Below are positions 1-10,504 of a stretch of DNA of 64,000 nt, piece after piece (the first letter of the stretch is position 1; each line of letters begins with the position of its first letter). Location: positions 75,084 to 139,083 of the forward strand of contig JAXGPA010000006.1 of assembly GCA_040767195.1 (NCBI GenBank), given 5' to 3'. The position numbers and the translations under genes were made by a program. This stretch comes from Syntrophales bacterium. GTDB lineage: Bacteria > Desulfobacterota > Syntrophia > Syntrophales > UBA6807. The notes beneath the pieces are model-generated. The model saw only the letters and a list, made by a program, of their open reading frames with translations. It ran no database searches and was not told the DNA's origin.

Positions 1-2
1 CG

Positions 3-1589
3 GAGTCCCACCAGGAGGCCAAGAAGATCCGAAGCGAGTATGTTCTGGCCGTCCGGGGCACGGTCCGGCGCCGGCCGCCGGACATGGTGAACCCCAACAT
101 GGAAACGGGGGAGATCGAGGTCATGGTGGACGACCTCGAAATTCTCAACGAGTCAAAAACGCCCCCCTTTCTCATCGAGGGGGGGGAAGACATCTCCGAG
201 AACATCCGTCTGCGGTACCGGTACCTGGATCTCCGAAGGCCGCCCATTCAGCGAAACCTCTTTTTGAGAAGCCAGGTCGCCCGGGAAACGCGGAACTACC
301 TTTCCGACAAGGGGTTCATCGAGGTGGAAACGCCCTTCCTCACGAAAAGCACCCCCGAAGGGGCGCGAGACTACCTCGTCCCGAGCCGGATCAACCAGGG
401 CATGTTCTACGCCCTGCCCCAATCCCCCCAGCTCTTCAAGCAGCTTCTCATGGTGTCCGGTTTCGACCGCTATTTCCAGGTCGTCAAGTGCTTCAGGGAC
501 GAGGATCTTCGGGCGGACCGCCAGCCCGAGTTCACCCAGATCGACATCGAGATGTCCTTCATCACCGAAGACGACATCATCGCCACCATGGAAGGCCTCA
601 TGGCTCACATCTTCAAAGCCGGGCTGGGAATCGACATCCCTCTCCCCATCCCCAGGCTTTCCTATAAAGAGGCCATCGATTCCTATGGCCGGGACAACCC
701 GGACACCCGGTTCGGCATGAAGCTCGTGAACATCACCGATGTGTTGAGGAACTCGGGGTTCCAGGTTTTTGCGGAAGTAATCCAGCGGGGCGGTATCGTC
801 AAGGCCATCAAGGTGGAAGAAGGGAAGAGGCTTTCCCGTAAGGACCTGGATGAGCTGACGAACTTCGTCGGCATTTACGGGAGCGCGGGACTGGCCTGGG
901 CCCGGGTCAATCCCGACGGGTGGACGTCACCGGTCTTCAAGTTCCTGAAACCGGAGGAGGTGGAAGGGATCAACCGGGCCATGGACGCTGTTCCGGGAGA
1001 CCTGATCCTTATGGTGGCCGATGTGCCGAGGGTCGTTCACGATTCCCTTGGAAACCTGAGAATTCACCTGGCCCAGAAGCTCGGCCTGGTGAAGCCGGGA
1101 ACGTTCTCCTTCGTCTGGATCGTGGAATTTCCCATGTTCGAGTACAGCGAAACGGAAAAGCGATACATGGCGACCCATCACCCTTTCACGTCCCCCGTCA
1201 TGGAGGACCTCTCCTTCCTGGAAACGGACCCCGGAAAAGTCCGGGCGCGGGCTTACGACCTGGTCCTCAACGGGTCGGAAATCGGCGGCGGGAGCATCCG
1301 GATCCACCGCCAGGACGTCCAGTCCCGGGTCTTCGACGCCCTGGGGCTCTCCCAGGAGGAAGCCCGGACGAAGTTCGGTTTTCTTCTCGATGCCCTGGAA
1401 TACGGGACACCCCCTCACGGCGGCATTGCCTTCGGGTTCGACCGGATCATCATGCTCATGACGGGCGCCGAATCCATCCGGGATGTCATCGCCTTTCCGA
1501 AGACCCAGAAGGCCACCTGCCTCCTCACGGGGGCCCCTTCGGAAGCCACGGTGGAACAGCTCATGGACCTTTCCATAAAGACCGTCTGA
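3..1589 (+). CDS. aspS: Aspartate--tRNA ligase, 5' end outside window
   Basis: Motifs [65 protein letters not shown]; frame is open back to window start. Confidence 0.97.
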   Translation, partial: ESHQEAKKIRSEYVLAVRGTVRRRPPDMVNPNMETGEIEVMVDDLEILNESKTPPFLIEGGEDISENIRLRYRYLDLRRPPIQRNLFLRSQVARETRNYLSDKGFIEVETPFLTKSTPEGARDYLVPSRINQGMFYALPQSPQLFKQLLMVSGFDRYFQVVKCFRDEDLRADRQPEFTQIDIEMSFITEDDIIATMEGLMAHIFKAGLGIDIPLPIPRLSYKEAIDSYGRDNPDTRFGMKLVNITDVLRNSGFQVFAEVIQRGGIVKAIKVEEGKRLSRKDLDELTNFVGIYGSAGLAWARVNPDGWTSPVFKFLKPEEVEGINRAMDAVPGDLILMVADVPRVVHDSLGNLRIHLAQKLGLVKPGTFSFVWIVEFPMFEYSETEKRYMATHHPFTSPVMEDLSFLETDPGKVRARAYDLVLNGSEIGGGSIRIHRQDVQSRVFDALGLSQEEARTKFGFLLDALEYGTPPHGGIAFGFDRIIMLMTGAESIRDVIAFPKTQKATCLLTGAPSEATVEQLMDLSIKTV

Positions 1590-1633
1590 ACAGCCGGCGA
1601 AACAAGGGCGGATTGTCGATGGATGGATTGACC

Positions 1634-1663
1634 TTGACAAAGGAAGCTTTTAATCGCTATAAA
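1634..1663 (+). promoter_or_regulatory. Sigma70-like promoter upstream of LysM gene
   Basis: TTGACA-N18-TATAAA. Confidence 0.55.
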
Positions 1664-1726
1664 TACAAGTGAGTAAATGAAACGGATCGGTTCCGAAAAG
1701 GAATCGACGGAAAAGGAGGAGAAATC

Positions 1727-2218
1727 ATGATAAACAAAAGGCGTCTTTACGTGTTCGTAACCCTGCTGATCGCCGGCCTCTTCGCCTTCGTTATCGGCGG
1801 CTGCTGCCCCAAAAAACCAGCGGAGACGGCGGCCCCGGCTGAAGAGACCGTGGTGGTGACGGCGGTGGCGGTGGCCGAGGAAGTTCCTCCCAAGCCTCTC
1901 GAGGAAGTGGAGGCGATCGTGGTGGTGGAAGAGGTGGTTATCGCCGCTCCGGAAATGGAATACCACCTGGTAAAGAGGGGGGAATGCCTCTGGTGGATCG
2001 CCGAATACGAGGACGTCTACAACGATCCCTTCATGTGGCCCATCATCTATGACGCCAACAAGGACAAGATCAGCAATCCCGACCTGATTTACCCGGGCCA
2101 GGAACTGAAGATCCCCCGGCTGGGATACACGATGGATGATCTCCAGGAGATGAGGCGTTCCGCGGGAGCGCCCCGGCCCTACGCGCCGCCCGAAGGCGCC
2201 CAGCTTCCCATTCAGTAA
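1727..2218 (+). CDS. LysM peptidoglycan-binding lipoprotein
   Basis: Signal peptide ending IGGC, A/E/V-rich linker, LysM-like YHLVKRGECLWWIA...W..IYDANKDKISNPDLIYPGQELKIP; AGGAG RBS. Confidence 0.88.
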   Translation: MINKRRLYVFVTLLIAGLFAFVIGGCCPKKPAETAAPAEETVVVTAVAVAEEVPPKPLEEVEAIVVVEEVVIAAPEMEYHLVKRGECLWWIAEYEDVYNDPFMWPIIYDANKDKISNPDLIYPGQELKIPRLGYTMDDLQEMRRSAGAPRPYAPPEGAQLPIQ

Positions 2219-2242
2219 AAACAGCTTGCCATGTTAAAACGA

Positions 2243-2274
2243 GAGAGGGCACGTTGTGCCCTCTCTTTTTTTTC
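2243..2274 (+). terminator. Intrinsic terminator
   Basis: GAGAGGGCAC-gtt-GTGCCCTCTC followed by a T run. Confidence 0.8.
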
Positions 2275-2478
2275 ACCCTTGCACCATGTCAAATTCCGAC
2301 ACCGGCGATAGTGGTGCACCACGTTGTTTCCTCATTTCCGCAAACTTTTAAAAAACTGACTAAGCGGTTGGCAGTGACATGTTTGTGTATTCCCGACCCC
2401 GAAAAAAAGGGAGGGAAAAAGCGCGGAAGGGGTCTCTTCGACCTTAAAGCCGGATTTTGGGGGTCAAAAAGGGCTGTT

Positions 2479-2548
2479 TAAGGCCAAAAAAGAGGGCAAA
2501 AAAGGCTCTTTATTCTAATATATCAGATGCTTGCCTTGGTCCGACCCC
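2479..2548 (-). repeat. Copy A of GGGGTCRGACCAAG-N49-GGCCTTA element
   Basis: Reverse complement reads GGGGTCGGACCAAG, 49 nt, GGCCTTA; same spacing as copies at 5139 and 29469. Confidence 0.7.
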
Positions 2549-2639
2549 ATTATGACTTCTATCAAACACTCTCCCGCCCGGCGATCTTGACATCACGTAA
2601 CCTTCGTGCGAAGAAATTAAAAAATACGGAGAATAGCCA

Positions 2640-5087
2640 ATGAAAGGATTGTACCGGGTTTTTCTTGTCTCGCTGTGGTTCTCGATTATGATCGGGTGTG
2701 CTGATGATTCCAATACGTCGCCGGAAGCTCCGCCCTTGCCGGACAGGCCGACGCAACTGTCCGGAGAGTCCTGGATGTCCTACAGCCGGGACGATATCAT
2801 CAACCGGAGGCTTAACGACATCGCCATCCCCGGGACTCACGATTCCGGCACGTACGGTATCACCGCGGACTCGAGTGCAGCGGATGACAAAAAAGGGCTG
2901 TCCGTTGTCATGAAATGGATTGATGACATGGAAAATAAGTGGTACGGCCCGGTACTGGACAGTTTCGGCGTTCTTCAAGCCGTTGATGACGCAGGGAAGG
3001 AAATCACCTCCTGGTGGGCAAGAACGCAGCGGGATGATTTCTCCACCCAGCTCCTCAACGGTATCCGCTATTTCGACCTTCGGGTACAGCAAAGGCACAC
3101 AAGCTCCTTTTACTGCGTCCATTCCCTGCTGGGGGCGAATCTGGATGACCTCCTCGACGGCATCGACTCGTTCTACCGTCTCCCCGATGCCGGCCTTGAG
3201 ATTCTCATTCTGGATTTCCAGCACACCTTTGACATGGACCATAACGCCTTTGTGGATATGCTGAAGACACGCCTCAGGGACAAAAACGGCAGCAGCCTCA
3301 TAATTCCCCGAGGGACGAATCTGCATTTGAAATCGCTCTGGGAAACGAGCCGGCGAATCCTGGTTTTCTACGACGACGAGGCCACGGTGGCAAAGCATCC
3401 GGAGCTTTGGTACAGCTCCAGCGTGAGAACCGGCTCTCAAATACTGTCGCCATGGCCCAACACCGACAAGGCGCACGTACTGTATAAATTTCTGGGTGAA
3501 GGCCTCAACAATACAATAGACAGATACCGCAAGAGCGGGAAGTTAACCGTCCTGCAGGCCCTGGCAACGGAGAATTCCAAGGACGTCGCCCTTTCCATAG
3601 AACAGCATGTCTTCAATCTCTTCAATCATGTACCAATTCTCGGACATATATTGAGAAAACTTGGTTTCGGCCATGTGGGCCCCATGAATTTCTTCGACTT
3701 CAACTTCGGAGGAGGTACCCTGGCGGACCGGTTGAACGACCCTTCTTACAAGGAACTGGCGGCTTACAGGGCAAACATCATCATCATCGACGATTACTCC
3801 CATTTTTACTACATCAAAGACAACGGAGAGGCGGGTGACTACATCGACCTTGTCTGCGAATTGAACGCCACCAGAAACGCCCCACGTCCATACAGCGGTT
3901 CCGTCACCTATCAGACGGCGAATTTCACCGCGGACCACTACAAATCGTACCCCATGGAGATTCGTTTCGTCAACACGGGAGAACGGACCTGGGATCCCCC
4001 CGGTCCGGATGTCACCGACGGTGGCGTTTATCTCGGAACGGCAGCCCCCTATGACCGAATAACCCATTTGTATACAGACGATGGAAACTGGGTTTCGCAA
4101 ACCCGCATCCGGATGCAGAACACTTCCCCCGTGAGGCCGGGAGAGGAAGCGGTCTTCAAATTCTCTGTGACACCCGATGATTATTATGAATCGTCATTCC
4201 AGACATTCGAGTTGGTCGCTTATCCTGAGGGAGGGGCGAAGACCTGGTTCGGCGGCTGCCATGGCAACACGGACATCCATATCCTGACGGACAAGCTTTA
4301 CTACGGAAGCCACTTGAAATCAAGGAGCCCGGGTGTGACCGTTCCCCAGTTTGACGGAACGAACCTATCGGTCACATTTACGAATACGGGCAACATGCCA
4401 TGGTTTCCCGATGTGGTTTTCCTCGGGACGAAGACAGGTGGTACCATCGACTCAACGTACTGGTACACCAATGACGGCAACTGGGTTTCCAAGTCACGCA
4501 TCAGGATGCAGAATATGGTTCCCGTCATGCCGGGAGAAGACGCGGTTTTCGATCTTACAGCGACGGCCGCCTTTGGGGCATATCCGTGGCTCATGCTCGA
4601 ACTGGTGGCTGACAAGGCTGCCGGGGTCGTACCGGCGGGCTGGTTCGGCAGCCAGGGGGATGTCACCTGGCATCTTCCGCTCATTTTTCCCTGGGACGCA
4701 GGATCACTTACCGGAGAACTGGTGGATAAAAGCCCCGACTGTACGATAAGGCGCGGCGATTCACAAACCCTGAGGTTCGTCTTCCGCAATACGGGGAAAA
4801 TAACCTGGTACCCGGACATGGCCTATCTTGACTACGTGCCTCCCGGATCCGGCGCCGCGGGGCTCTTCACCGATGACGGCAACTGGTTTACCGTTAACAA
4901 GATCAGCCTGAAGGACATGGTGCCCGTGAAACCCGGAGAGGAAGGGACTTTCGAGTTTCTGGCTACCCCGGACAGCCATGCCGAAACAGGCGATTACGGG
5001 TTTCATATCAGGATGGACATCTGGTTCGTGGCCGGGTGGGACGTGAAGGGCACGGAGGAAACAATCCGCATCACCGTAACGGAATGA
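2640..5087 (+). CDS. Lipoprotein with PI-PLC X-like phosphodiesterase domain and three NBR1/FW-type Ig-like repeats
   Basis: Lipobox MIGC; IPGTHDSG and QLLNGIRYFDLRV motifs; three repeats F.NTG...W.P...TxDGNW...RI.M...PV.PGEE/D. Confidence 0.75.
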   Translation: MKGLYRVFLVSLWFSIMIGCADDSNTSPEAPPLPDRPTQLSGESWMSYSRDDIINRRLNDIAIPGTHDSGTYGITADSSAADDKKGLSVVMKWIDDMENKWYGPVLDSFGVLQAVDDAGKEITSWWARTQRDDFSTQLLNGIRYFDLRVQQRHTSSFYCVHSLLGANLDDLLDGIDSFYRLPDAGLEILILDFQHTFDMDHNAFVDMLKTRLRDKNGSSLIIPRGTNLHLKSLWETSRRILVFYDDEATVAKHPELWYSSSVRTGSQILSPWPNTDKAHVLYKFLGEGLNNTIDRYRKSGKLTVLQALATENSKDVALSIEQHVFNLFNHVPILGHILRKLGFGHVGPMNFFDFNFGGGTLADRLNDPSYKELAAYRANIIIIDDYSHFYYIKDNGEAGDYIDLVCELNATRNAPRPYSGSVTYQTANFTADHYKSYPMEIRFVNTGERTWDPPGPDVTDGGVYLGTAAPYDRITHLYTDDGNWVSQTRIRMQNTSPVRPGEEAVFKFSVTPDDYYESSFQTFELVAYPEGGAKTWFGGCHGNTDIHILTDKLYYGSHLKSRSPGVTVPQFDGTNLSVTFTNTGNMPWFPDVVFLGTKTGGTIDSTYWYTNDGNWVSKSRIRMQNMVPVMPGEDAVFDLTATAAFGAYPWLMLELVADKAAGVVPAGWFGSQGDVTWHLPLIFPWDAGSLTGELVDKSPDCTIRRGDSQTLRFVFRNTGKITWYPDMAYLDYVPPGSGAAGLFTDDGNWFTVNKISLKDMVPVKPGEEGTFEFLATPDSHAETGDYGFHIRMDIWFVAGWDVKGTEETIRITVTE

Positions 5088-5138
5088 GAAGGTAAGGTAT
5101 CTGCGCCGACGAACCCACGATGACGGGTGGAGGGTGGA

Positions 5139-5315
5139 GGGGTCAGACCAAGATAATATATTTATTTAATTGGATATATCTCTAAAATAAAGACGTTTTT
5201 AGGCCTTAGAAGGATCATTTCAGGGTTAAAAATGATGCTGTAGCGCTCTGAGGGCTTTCGAAGAATCTGCAAGCCCCTGTCCTGCAGGGGCCGGGCATTA
5301 CCTTGGTCCGACCCC
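5139..5315. mobile_element. 177-bp MITE/REP-like element with imperfect terminal inverted repeats (copy B)
   Basis: GGGGTCAGACCAAGATAAT ... ATTACCTTGGTCCGACCCC; AT-rich interior; no target-site duplication seen. Confidence 0.6.
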
Positions 5316-5582
5316 AGCATCACCCCTAATATCACCCCACTATCTTTAGAATTTCTCGGCCGCCTTCGTCAGGAGGTGGCGGGTGGTCTCGTTGAACCGT
5401 CGGCTGCATCACGTTCGTCTTCAACTCATTCAACACCGTTATCTTTTAAAACACTACCATACAGGGGTGCCCGGCCCGGCGAAAAGGAGATCCCCTTTCA
5501 TGACTCGGGAAAACGAAACCCTCCAGAAGGTGATGGAGCGGAGCCGGAAAAGCGGACAACCCATCGTCTCCCGGACCCCCCA

Positions 5583-7544
5583 CTATTCTTCGACGTACCA
5601 CTCTTCGAAGGGGAGATCGTCCTCTCCGCGGAAGGCGGGGACCAGTTCCCGGACGAACCGGGAGGGCTCGAGGGGGGATCGCCGGAAGCCCCGGGAGGCG
5701 TCGGTGACGGGGTGGCACAGGTAGAGCTGGTCCTTCGCCCGGGTGACGGCCACGTAAAAAAGCCGTCTCTCCTCCTCGATCCCCCGGGGGTCGCCCAGGG
5801 CCCGGTAGAGGGGGAACATCCCCTCGGTGCACCAGGCGACAAAGACGACGGACCACTCGAGCCCCTTGGCCTGGTGGACCGTTCCGAGGATGACCCTTTC
5901 AGCGGCGGCCCCGGCAGCGATCCGGTCGTTCTCCTCCCCCTGCCCGCCCATGAGGGCCAGTTCACCGAGGAAATCCGAAACACCGGAAAAACGGCCGGCG
6001 AACCGGGCCAGCCGGACCAGGTCCTCCTCCCGCGCCTCGGGATCGGAAAAGGCCTCTTTCATGTACGCCCGGTAACCGCCGTCGAGAATGGACAGGATGG
6101 CCTTTCCCGGATCGGGGGAACCGCTCCCGGGAACGAATGATTCAAGAAGCCTCCGCACCACCGCGAGGGCGTCCGCGGCGCTTTTCCGGGCATTCGGCAG
6201 AAAGTCCGGGCCCAGCAGGGTTTCCAGGGGGGTTCCCGTGCCGGACAGGGACTGCCATATCTTATCGGCGGTGGCGGCCCCGATGCCGCGCTGCATGAGG
6301 AGAATTCTCCGCCAGGCCGCCTCGTCCATGGGGTTGTCGAAGATCCTGAGGCACGCCGTCACGTCCCGGACATGGGCCTGCTCGACGAACCGTATCCCCG
6401 AGCGAAGCTCGAAGGGAATCCCCCTTTTCGTCATCTCCATCTGCAGTTCCGTGGAGAGGTGGTGGGCCCGGTACAGGACGGCCATGTCCCGGAGGGGCAC
6501 CCCCTCCCCCGCCAGTTCCTCGATCCGTTGGGCGACGAAAAGGGCCTGCTGAAAAGGGTTTCGAAGGGGGACATAGGCCGGCTTGAGGCCTCTTTTCTTG
6601 ATGGACCGCAGTTCTTTCCGGAACGTCCCTTCGGCGCAGGTGATGCAGAGGTTGGCCATGTGCAGGATTTCCGGCGTGCTCCGATAATTCGTTTCGAGCT
6701 TGAAGACTTTCGCGCCGGGATAGCGGCGGGGGAAGCGGAGAATGTTTTCGTGATCGGCGCCCCGGAAAGAATAGATGCTCTGGGAGTCGTCCCCCACGAC
6801 GAGAAGGTTGCCGTGTTTCAGGGCAAGGAGGTCGAGGATCTCCGCCTGGACGGCGTTCGTGTCCTGGTATTCGTCCACGAGAATGTGGAGAAATTTTTCA
6901 CAATAGTGTTCCCGGACCTCGGGGTCGGAAAGGAGGAGATCCCGGAGATTGACCAGGAGATCGTCGAAATCCATGGCGTTCCCCTCTTTCTTCCGGGCTT
7001 CGTAACGGGCCATGACGCTCTCGAGCATCTCCGGGGACAGGCCGTCCCGGCGTGAAGCGCGAAGTCGGACCACCCGGGAAAGGGGCTCGCCGGTGTTGCG
7101 GGCGTAACTGATGCAGTCCCGGACGGTCCGGTCCCTGGGCCCGTCCTTCCGCCCGGTCATCCCCAGGTCCGCCATGGAGCGGTGGACGAGGTGCCGGGAA
7201 TCCTCCTCGTCGAGAATGGTAAAGCTTCTGTCGTAACCGACGCGGTGGGCCCAGGAACGGAGAACCCGGTTGGCCAGGTGGTGAAAGGTCCCGCCCCACA
7301 GCCGGCTGCAGTCCCGGGGAACCCGTTCCTGCACCCGGGACAGCATGTCCCGGGCCGCCTTGTTGGTGAAGGTGGCCAGGAGAATCCTTTCGGGGTCCAC
7401 TCCCTCCTCGACGAGGCGGGCGACGCGGAACGTGAGGGCCCGGGTCTTGCCGCTCCCCGCCCCGGCGATGACGAGAATCGGTCCATCCCCGGCGAAAACC
7501 ACGGCACGCTGTTCCGGGTTCAGCAATTTTTCATAGTCGTTCAT
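5583..7544 (-). CDS. UvrD/PcrA/Rep-family ATP-dependent DNA helicase
   Basis: LNPEQ, AGAGSGKT, VDEYQDTN, VGDDSQSIYSFRGA, NYRS, TVHQAKGLEW, EEERRLFYVAVTRAK; start set at MNDYEK. Confidence 0.93.
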   Translation of the reverse strand: MNDYEKLLNPEQRAVVFAGDGPILVIAGAGSGKTRALTFRVARLVEEGVDPERILLATFTNKAARDMLSRVQERVPRDCSRLWGGTFHHLANRVLRSWAHRVGYDRSFTILDEEDSRHLVHRSMADLGMTGRKDGPRDRTVRDCISYARNTGEPLSRVVRLRASRRDGLSPEMLESVMARYEARKKEGNAMDFDDLLVNLRDLLLSDPEVREHYCEKFLHILVDEYQDTNAVQAEILDLLALKHGNLLVVGDDSQSIYSFRGADHENILRFPRRYPGAKVFKLETNYRSTPEILHMANLCITCAEGTFRKELRSIKKRGLKPAYVPLRNPFQQALFVAQRIEELAGEGVPLRDMAVLYRAHHLSTELQMEMTKRGIPFELRSGIRFVEQAHVRDVTACLRIFDNPMDEAAWRRILLMQRGIGAATADKIWQSLSGTGTPLETLLGPDFLPNARKSAADALAVVRRLLESFVPGSGSPDPGKAILSILDGGYRAYMKEAFSDPEAREEDLVRLARFAGRFSGVSDFLGELALMGGQGEENDRIAAGAAAERVILGTVHQAKGLEWSVVFVAWCTEGMFPLYRALGDPRGIEEERRLFYVAVTRAKDQLYLCHPVTDASRGFRRSPLEPSRFVRELVPAFRGEDDLPFEEWYVEE

Positions 7545-7690
7545 GCCGGATTCGATGACGGTGAAAAAAGGGGGTCGCGCCGGGATGTCTCCGCCGCCGG
7601 AACAACGTCTGCCCGTCCGGGAGAACCGCCCGGGACGCCGCCCAGGCGGTCCCCGCCGGGCCCGTTCGCCGGCGTTGAGGCAAAGGACCG

Positions 7691-8326
7691 TTATTTCGTG
7701 ATTTCCCTGACCGCTTCGGCGCTGCTCACGGAGAGGATGTTTCTCAAAAGCCCCTCTTTCTCGTAGAACCCGATGAGGGGGGCCGTCTTCTCGTTGTAAG
7801 TCTCGAGGCGGTTCGTGATGGCCTCCTCCGTCTCGTCGTCCCTCTGGATCACCGGAGAGCCGCAGAGTTTGCACAGGCCGCCCGGTGCCGGGGGGTTGCT
7901 CTTCACGTTGTATATCGCCTGGCAGTCCGGGTTGGAACAGGTCCTCCGGGTGGTCAGCCGGTCGAGGATCACCTCCCGGGGAACCTCGAGATTCACCACG
8001 AAATCGAGGCGGATATCCAGTTTTTCGAGGAGTTTTTTCAGGGCCTCCGCCTGGGGAATCGTCCGGGGAAAACCATCGAGGATGAACCCTTCACGGCAAT
8101 CCTTTTCGGCAAGCCTTTTTTCCATGATCCGCATGATCAGGTCATCGGGAACGAGGTCTCCCCGGTCCATGTAGGCCTTGGCCTCTTTTCCCAGGTCAGA
8201 CCCTTCCCGGACGGCGGCCCTGAGAATGTCCCCCGTGGAAATCTGGACGGAACCGTCATATTCGGTCAGAAGCTTCGCCACCGTACCCTTCCCCGCTCCC
8301 GGGGCCCCGAGCAATATGATGCGCAT
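7691..8326 (-). CDS. adk: Adenylate kinase with Cys-containing lid
   Basis: LLGAPGAGKGT, STGDILR, GFILDGFPRT, CSNPDC..CKLC, RDDE. Confidence 0.96.
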   Translation of the reverse strand: MRIILLGAPGAGKGTVAKLLTEYDGSVQISTGDILRAAVREGSDLGKEAKAYMDRGDLVPDDLIMRIMEKRLAEKDCREGFILDGFPRTIPQAEALKKLLEKLDIRLDFVVNLEVPREVILDRLTTRRTCSNPDCQAIYNVKSNPPAPGGLCKLCGSPVIQRDDETEEAITNRLETYNEKTAPLIGFYEKEGLLRNILSVSSAEAVREITK

Positions 8327-8408
8327 GAAAATACCTCCCTGTCACGAATTCGAAAACGACCCTTTAAGACAAACGGGGGAAGAGGTCAAGAACTTTCCCC
8401 GGCGGCCG

Positions 8409-8909
8409 TCAGGGCTTCACGGGGAGTTCCCTTTCCGTTTCATTCCGCTCGTAGATGTCGATGGGCGGGGTGCCGAGAAAGACGTTCCCGTCCGCCACCT
8501 TGACGAAGGTCGTGCCCTTCATGACGGAAAACCAGACCCCGACGGTGTCTCCCCCGGGGGCCTCGACACGGAAGCCGTGGAGGCCCGAACCCGTCGCCAG
8601 GACCCGGTGCGCCATGGCCCCGACGAGGTCCTTCAGCGTGTCATCGTCGAGGTCCCTTCTTTTCCAGAGTTCCGACTGGAGGGTGTAGGCCCTGCTGATC
8701 CCCACGATGGCGTTTGGAAGGTTGTCGGAGCCGCTGATGTAGTAAACCAGTCCCGGGTCCACCCGGTACGCCTCGAACCGGGCCGTGACGTCCTTGTCGA
8801 TGACGAACCGCCCGTATTCATGCATCTGCCGGGCGGCACACCCGGAAAGGGTCAGAAGACACAAAACCGCCGCGACGCGAACCCATGCGCTGTTTCCCAT
8901 GCCGTTCAT
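8409..8909 (-). CDS. Hypothetical lipoprotein
   Basis: Lipobox LSGC after hydrophobic stretch; AGGAG RBS; fits between lpxH and adk. Confidence 0.7.
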   Translation of the reverse strand: MNGMGNSAWVRVAAVLCLLTLSGCAARQMHEYGRFVIDKDVTARFEAYRVDPGLVYYISGSDNLPNAIVGISRAYTLQSELWKRRDLDDDTLKDLVGAMAHRVLATGSGLHGFRVEAPGGDTVGVWFSVMKGTTFVKVADGNVFLGTPPIDIYERNETERELPVKP

Positions 8910-8944
8910 GAATCGCTCCTTTCTTGACTCTTTTTAGGCTAACT

Positions 8945-9664
8945 TTACCCCTGGTGAAAAAGAAGGTCAAATTTTCCGTTGTCATAAACGAGGTAGGAAA
9001 AATAACGGACCCAGTCCCCCAGGGTGACGAAATGCCTAATCCTTCCGTCGAGGACCGTTTCCCTCAGGAGGGGCTGATGGCAGTGACCGACCACGACGGC
9101 ATCGTACCCCTCATCAAACTTTTCCCGGGCGAAATTTTGCATTTTCCGTACCAGGGGCGCAGGAGGGTCGCTCAGGTAATCCTTGCTGAAACGGGAACTG
9201 ACGGCGGCCGCCTTCCAGAGGATCGGCGGCGGCAAGGCGGCCTGGAGTTTCCGGAAGAGACCGCTCCGGAAAAACCGCCGGAGCCTGAGGTAGGACCGGT
9301 TGTCCCGGTCGATGGTGTCCCCGTGGGCGATGTAAAAAAGCTTGCCGTCCAGGCGGATGCTGAGATCCCGGGGAACGACGACGAAGCCCCGCCTGCCGAA
9401 AAAGTCCTCGAGAAAGAAGTCGTGGTTCCCCTCGAAATAGTGAATCGTCACGCCTTCTTCCCGAAGCGCCAGGAGACGGTCCACGAGGGGACGGAAAGGG
9501 GCGTAGAACCGGTCGCCCCCGGAAAACCAGAAATCGAAGAAATCCCCAACCAGGAATAGATGATCGTAACGGCCGCTGAAGTCCCGGAAAAAGGAAAGGA
9601 GCATCTCCGATGTTGTTGACGAGGACGATCTCAGGTGGGCATCGGAAAGGAAAACGGCTTTCAC
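8945..9664 (-). CDS. lpxH: UDP-2,3-diacylglucosamine hydrolase
   Basis: SDAHL, GDFFDFW, GNHDF, HGD, GHCHQP, LGDW metallophosphoesterase motifs. Confidence 0.88.
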   Translation of the reverse strand: MKAVFLSDAHLRSSSSTTSEMLLSFFRDFSGRYDHLFLVGDFFDFWFSGGDRFYAPFRPLVDRLLALREEGVTIHYFEGNHDFFLEDFFGRRGFVVVPRDLSIRLDGKLFYIAHGDTIDRDNRSYLRLRRFFRSGLFRKLQAALPPPILWKAAAVSSRFSKDYLSDPPAPLVRKMQNFAREKFDEGYDAVVVGHCHQPLLRETVLDGRIRHFVTLGDWVRYFSYLVYDNGKFDLLFHQG

Positions 9665-9668
9665 GGGT

Positions 9669-10319
9669 TTATCCCGCGCGTCTTTCGACCAGGGACATGC
9701 TGTTGCGGAACAGGGCCGCCACCTCGTCTTCCGCCAGGCCCGCGCCCCGGGCGATCTTTCCGGCCATGGCCGCGGTCACCAGGTCCCCGGGGGCGTGGCT
9801 GTCCGTGTTGAGAACAAGCGAAGCCCCGTGCTTCCGGGCCATGCGGGCGACATGTCCGTTGGTGAGACTGTGCCCCTTCCGGGTGGTGATTTCAAGGCAA
9901 ACACCCTGTCTGGCCGCCAGGGCGGCCTCTTCGTCCGTCACGAGCCCCGGGTGGGCCAGGATGTCCACCGAGGCCTCCAGGGCCGCCCGGTTCGTCCCCG
10001 GGAGAACGGGCTCCACCAGGGTTTCCCCGTGGACGACGACAATGAGGGCCCCCATCTTCCGGGCCTCCCGGACGAGTTCGTCGATGTAGCGGGGATGGAC
10101 GTGGGTGAGCTCGACGCCGGGAAGGCAGCGGAGGGTCGACGCGGCGGAGATTTTCCCGCAAACGGCCACCATCCGGGGAACGATCCAGTCCAGGTTGGAG
10201 TGATCGGCATGGTCCGTGATGGCGAGGGTGGTGTAACCAGCTGCCTCGGCCCTCCGGGCCAGCTCCGACGGGATCAGTTGGCCGTCACTGAAGGTCGAGT
10301 GGGTGTGAAGATCGATCAA
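9669..10319 (-). CDS. PHP-domain phosphoesterase
   Basis: DLHTH...SDG, ITDHAD, VVHGET, ILAHPG, NTDSH; TTG start after GGAGG. Confidence 0.88.
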   Translation of the reverse strand: MIDLHTHSTFSDGQLIPSELARRAEAAGYTTLAITDHADHSNLDWIVPRMVAVCGKISAASTLRCLPGVELTHVHPRYIDELVREARKMGALIVVVHGETLVEPVLPGTNRAALEASVDILAHPGLVTDEEAALAARQGVCLEITTRKGHSLTNGHVARMARKHGASLVLNTDSHAPGDLVTAAMAGKIARGAGLAEDEVAALFRNSMSLVERRAG

Positions 10320-10504
10320 GGGGGCCTCCCCGGGTCCGTTTTTCTCTCTTCCCCAGGGTCTTATGGGAAAAGATGCTGGATCTTCTAACAAATATCCATT
10401 AAAAGGTCAACCAGGAGCCTCTTCTCCACGGGAATTGAAATCTCCAGCACCATGAGATATCCTGCCCGGGAATGAAAGAATGGCCGAGACTGCAGGCGGG
10501 AAGA

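Noticed and set aside
5499..5724. Small ORF MTRENETLQKVMERSRK with AGGAG RBS
   Set aside because: Overlaps the helicase 3' end convergently by about 140 nt and has no recognisable motif; may be a remnant
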